Assembly (NCBI RefSeq): GCF_004010195.1
Contig: NC_057736.1
Span: 45,014,326 to 45,078,325 of the forward strand
Direction of reading: 5' to 3'
Origin: Chiloscyllium plagiosum
Taxonomy: Eukaryota
DNA length: 64,000 nt
The position numbers and the translations under genes are program-made. Below, one piece after another: positions 61,794 to 64,000 of this stretch; within the stretch, counting starts at the first letter, position 1, and each line of letters starts with the position of its first letter. The notes below the pieces were generated by a model. The model had not been told where the DNA came from. It ran no database searches and saw nothing but the letters and a program-made list of their open reading frames with translations.

Positions 61794-64000
61794 TATGACA
61801 CTCTGGTTTATATCTGTCAGTCAGGGCTCCCTGATTGGACCAGATTAACAGCCCCAGTCATGGAACTCTTATTCAGTTAGGTTACCTGGCTCACCTGGTT
61901 GCAATCACTACATAGCTTTCCCTCTGACTCCGAAGACATAGGCCAGTCCTTTTTGTAGCTCGCCTTGGATGTTTTAAGGGCAGTGTGTAGCACACAGTAG
62001 CTCACCTCTTGTGCCTAGAATGTCTCAGAAGCAATTTGTTGTCTTCAAGTGGCTAAAGCATTGAAATGGCGACATCTACTGTATTCGTCTTGGATTCCAA
62101 GGTGTCTTCAATACTTGATGGAGAGGGTTAACTACAGGTTCCAGAACAGTCAGAAAGACAGTCGATGAGCCAGACATGTTTTGCGTGTTTGCAGCTTTCG
62201 TATCATCCCAGTGCTTGTTCAAGACTGTTGCACCTACATGAACTTTAAATGTCACTGGTCCTAACCTTGTGTCAATCTTGCCTGTTACGACGTAGGGCCA
62301 CTCCCGTGGCTTCTACACCAAACTTTGTTGCCTGGAGACCACTGTCTCTCTTGCTTAGTGGAGTCTTGGGTCCAGCATTTGCATCCCTGATGTTGTTTTA
62401 CCCTCCTCCTCCTTCTTTTTCTTTTTAAGTTCAGAGGAGAAAGATTTTAAAAGGCATGAGAGCAAAAGTTTATACACAGGTGGTGGTTCGTGTGTGAAAT
62501 GAACTTCCTGAGGAAATGGTGGATGTGGGTGCAATTACAATGTTAAAAATCATTTGGATAAGTATATAAATAGGAAAGGTTTGGAGGGATATGGGCCAGG
62601 AGCAGCCAGGTCGGATTAGTTTAGTTTGAAATTATGTTTGGCGTGGCCTGATTGGACTGAAGGGTTTGTTTCCATGTTCTATGACTTTATGATGATAGCT
62701 GTTTCATTACTTCTCTATGTCTTGGCTACGTGACCATTTCCAAGGCTGACTCTTTTTTAAAGGTTGATGCAAAGGTGCCTGGATGGAGGCCAGGTTACGT
62801 AATAATTCACCAGGCCAAAGAAAGACCTAATGTCCAGTACAGACATAGGAGTCAGGGCATTTTGATTGCCCTTACTTAATCTTCCAATGGGTGTAACCCA
62901 ATCTTGTTGACTTTGTAGCACAAGTAGATCACTTGAGGTGACTGGAACCCACATTTTTCCCTTCTAAGGTGAATGCCCACCTGAGAGAAACATCTAAGGA
63001 ATATGTCCAAGTTCTCTAAATGCTTCTATTGGTCTTCCCTATTATCAGCATATCAACCTTGTAAAATGTTCTCCATCATCTGCTGAAAATTGAATAGGCC
63101 CATATATTGGTAAAACCCTTATGGGCATTAATTGCAGAACGCTTCTGGGAATCTTCATCTAACCACAATTGCAAGTATGCATAGCTCATGTCCAGCTTCA
63201 TGAAGGCCACCCCCCCATTCCCCCCACCCACTTCCCCGCTTAGTGTATACATCCTCTGTGTGAGAGATTGGGTAGTCTACGAAAAGCAATTTACCAGTTG
63301 TTTAAGCTCCCCACAAAGATGAACTGACCATTCTAGTTTTGCAATCAATACTACTGGTGTTGCCTTTTCTGCAAACTGGACTGGTTTGATGATTCCTTTG
63401 CTTTCCACTCTTCTGATTTCAACCCTTAAGGCACTAGGTACACCTTGCAGAATTGTGGAATTGCTTCTAGGTCAACATACAAGGTGGCCTTGATTCCTTT
63501 GATAGTCTCTAGATCTTCCTAATAAAGCTCTGGATATTTAATTAGGGCTTCATTCAGGCAGCCACTTTTTAATCCAAAAATGTTGAGCCAGTCTAGGTGA
63601 CTCTTTTTTAACCAATTTCACATCATCAAGCTTGAGTCTGAACCTTTTAGTAAAAGCAGTGGTATCTCAACCAGCTGCTTCTTGTATGAGACTGGAACTG
63701 ACATTATACCCTTAATCTGTAAAATTCCCCGGCATAGGTTTTCAGTCTAGCCAAGGTCTTGTGCAAACTTAAGGGTTGGAGTCCAGAGTGAATTTTGTTC
63801 AAGACTGGTTCTGCAATCAATGAAATGGCCTCACCAACATCGACCTCCATTAGAACCGGGTGATCATTTAACCAAATGTTTATTTTGATTGTTTCTGATG
63901 TGGATGTTGCTGAGCAATTTAACTGTTCATGGTGTGCACCTCCTGGATACTGAACTATGTGTTCTCTTACTCAGTCTAGGAGACTCTTTTGCTGTCTTGA

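Larger units (their letters stand above)
60660..64000 (-). mobile_element. Decayed Gypsy LTR retrotransposon (3' LTR 60660-61912, interrupted; internal region runs off the window)
   Basis: LTR TGTTGAAAT...CACTACA; protease-like WLNDHPVLMEVDVGEAISLI; RT pieces KLDMSYAYLQL, FQQMMENIL, DIRSFFGLVNYY; CR1 3' end inserted at ~62430-62690. Confidence 0.8.

Overview
Repeat-saturated vertebrate genomic DNA with no recognisable host protein-coding exon. The repeat set (HE1/V-SINE-like tRNA SINEs with (TCTAA)n tails, CR1/HER1-like LINEs, Penelope-like elements, Tx1 LINEs) points to a cartilaginous fish, probably a shark (inference). Main structures: (1) a 7.2-kb class-I endogenous retrovirus (24452-31665, minus) with two ~650-bp LTRs, a tRNA-Ser PBS, a PPT and a 4-bp TSD inside a CR1. 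It keeps gag, RNase H, integrase and a gamma-type env but has no protease or RT polymerase domain. (2) A Gmr1-like Gypsy element (14755-23853, minus, integrase before RT) hosting a SINE and a Tigger transposon, which itself hosts a Tx1 LINE. (3) At least seven minimal type-I hammerhead ribozyme motifs of three sequence families in Penelope-type termini, including an 88-bp insertion with a 16-bp TSD. (4) Tandem short tRNA-SINE pairs with triplicated target sequences, Harbinger relics, MITEs, a second Gypsy at the window end and a 458-N gap. Nearly all ORFs in the track are decayed transposon fragments or spurious. Identities and alignments were estimated by eye.
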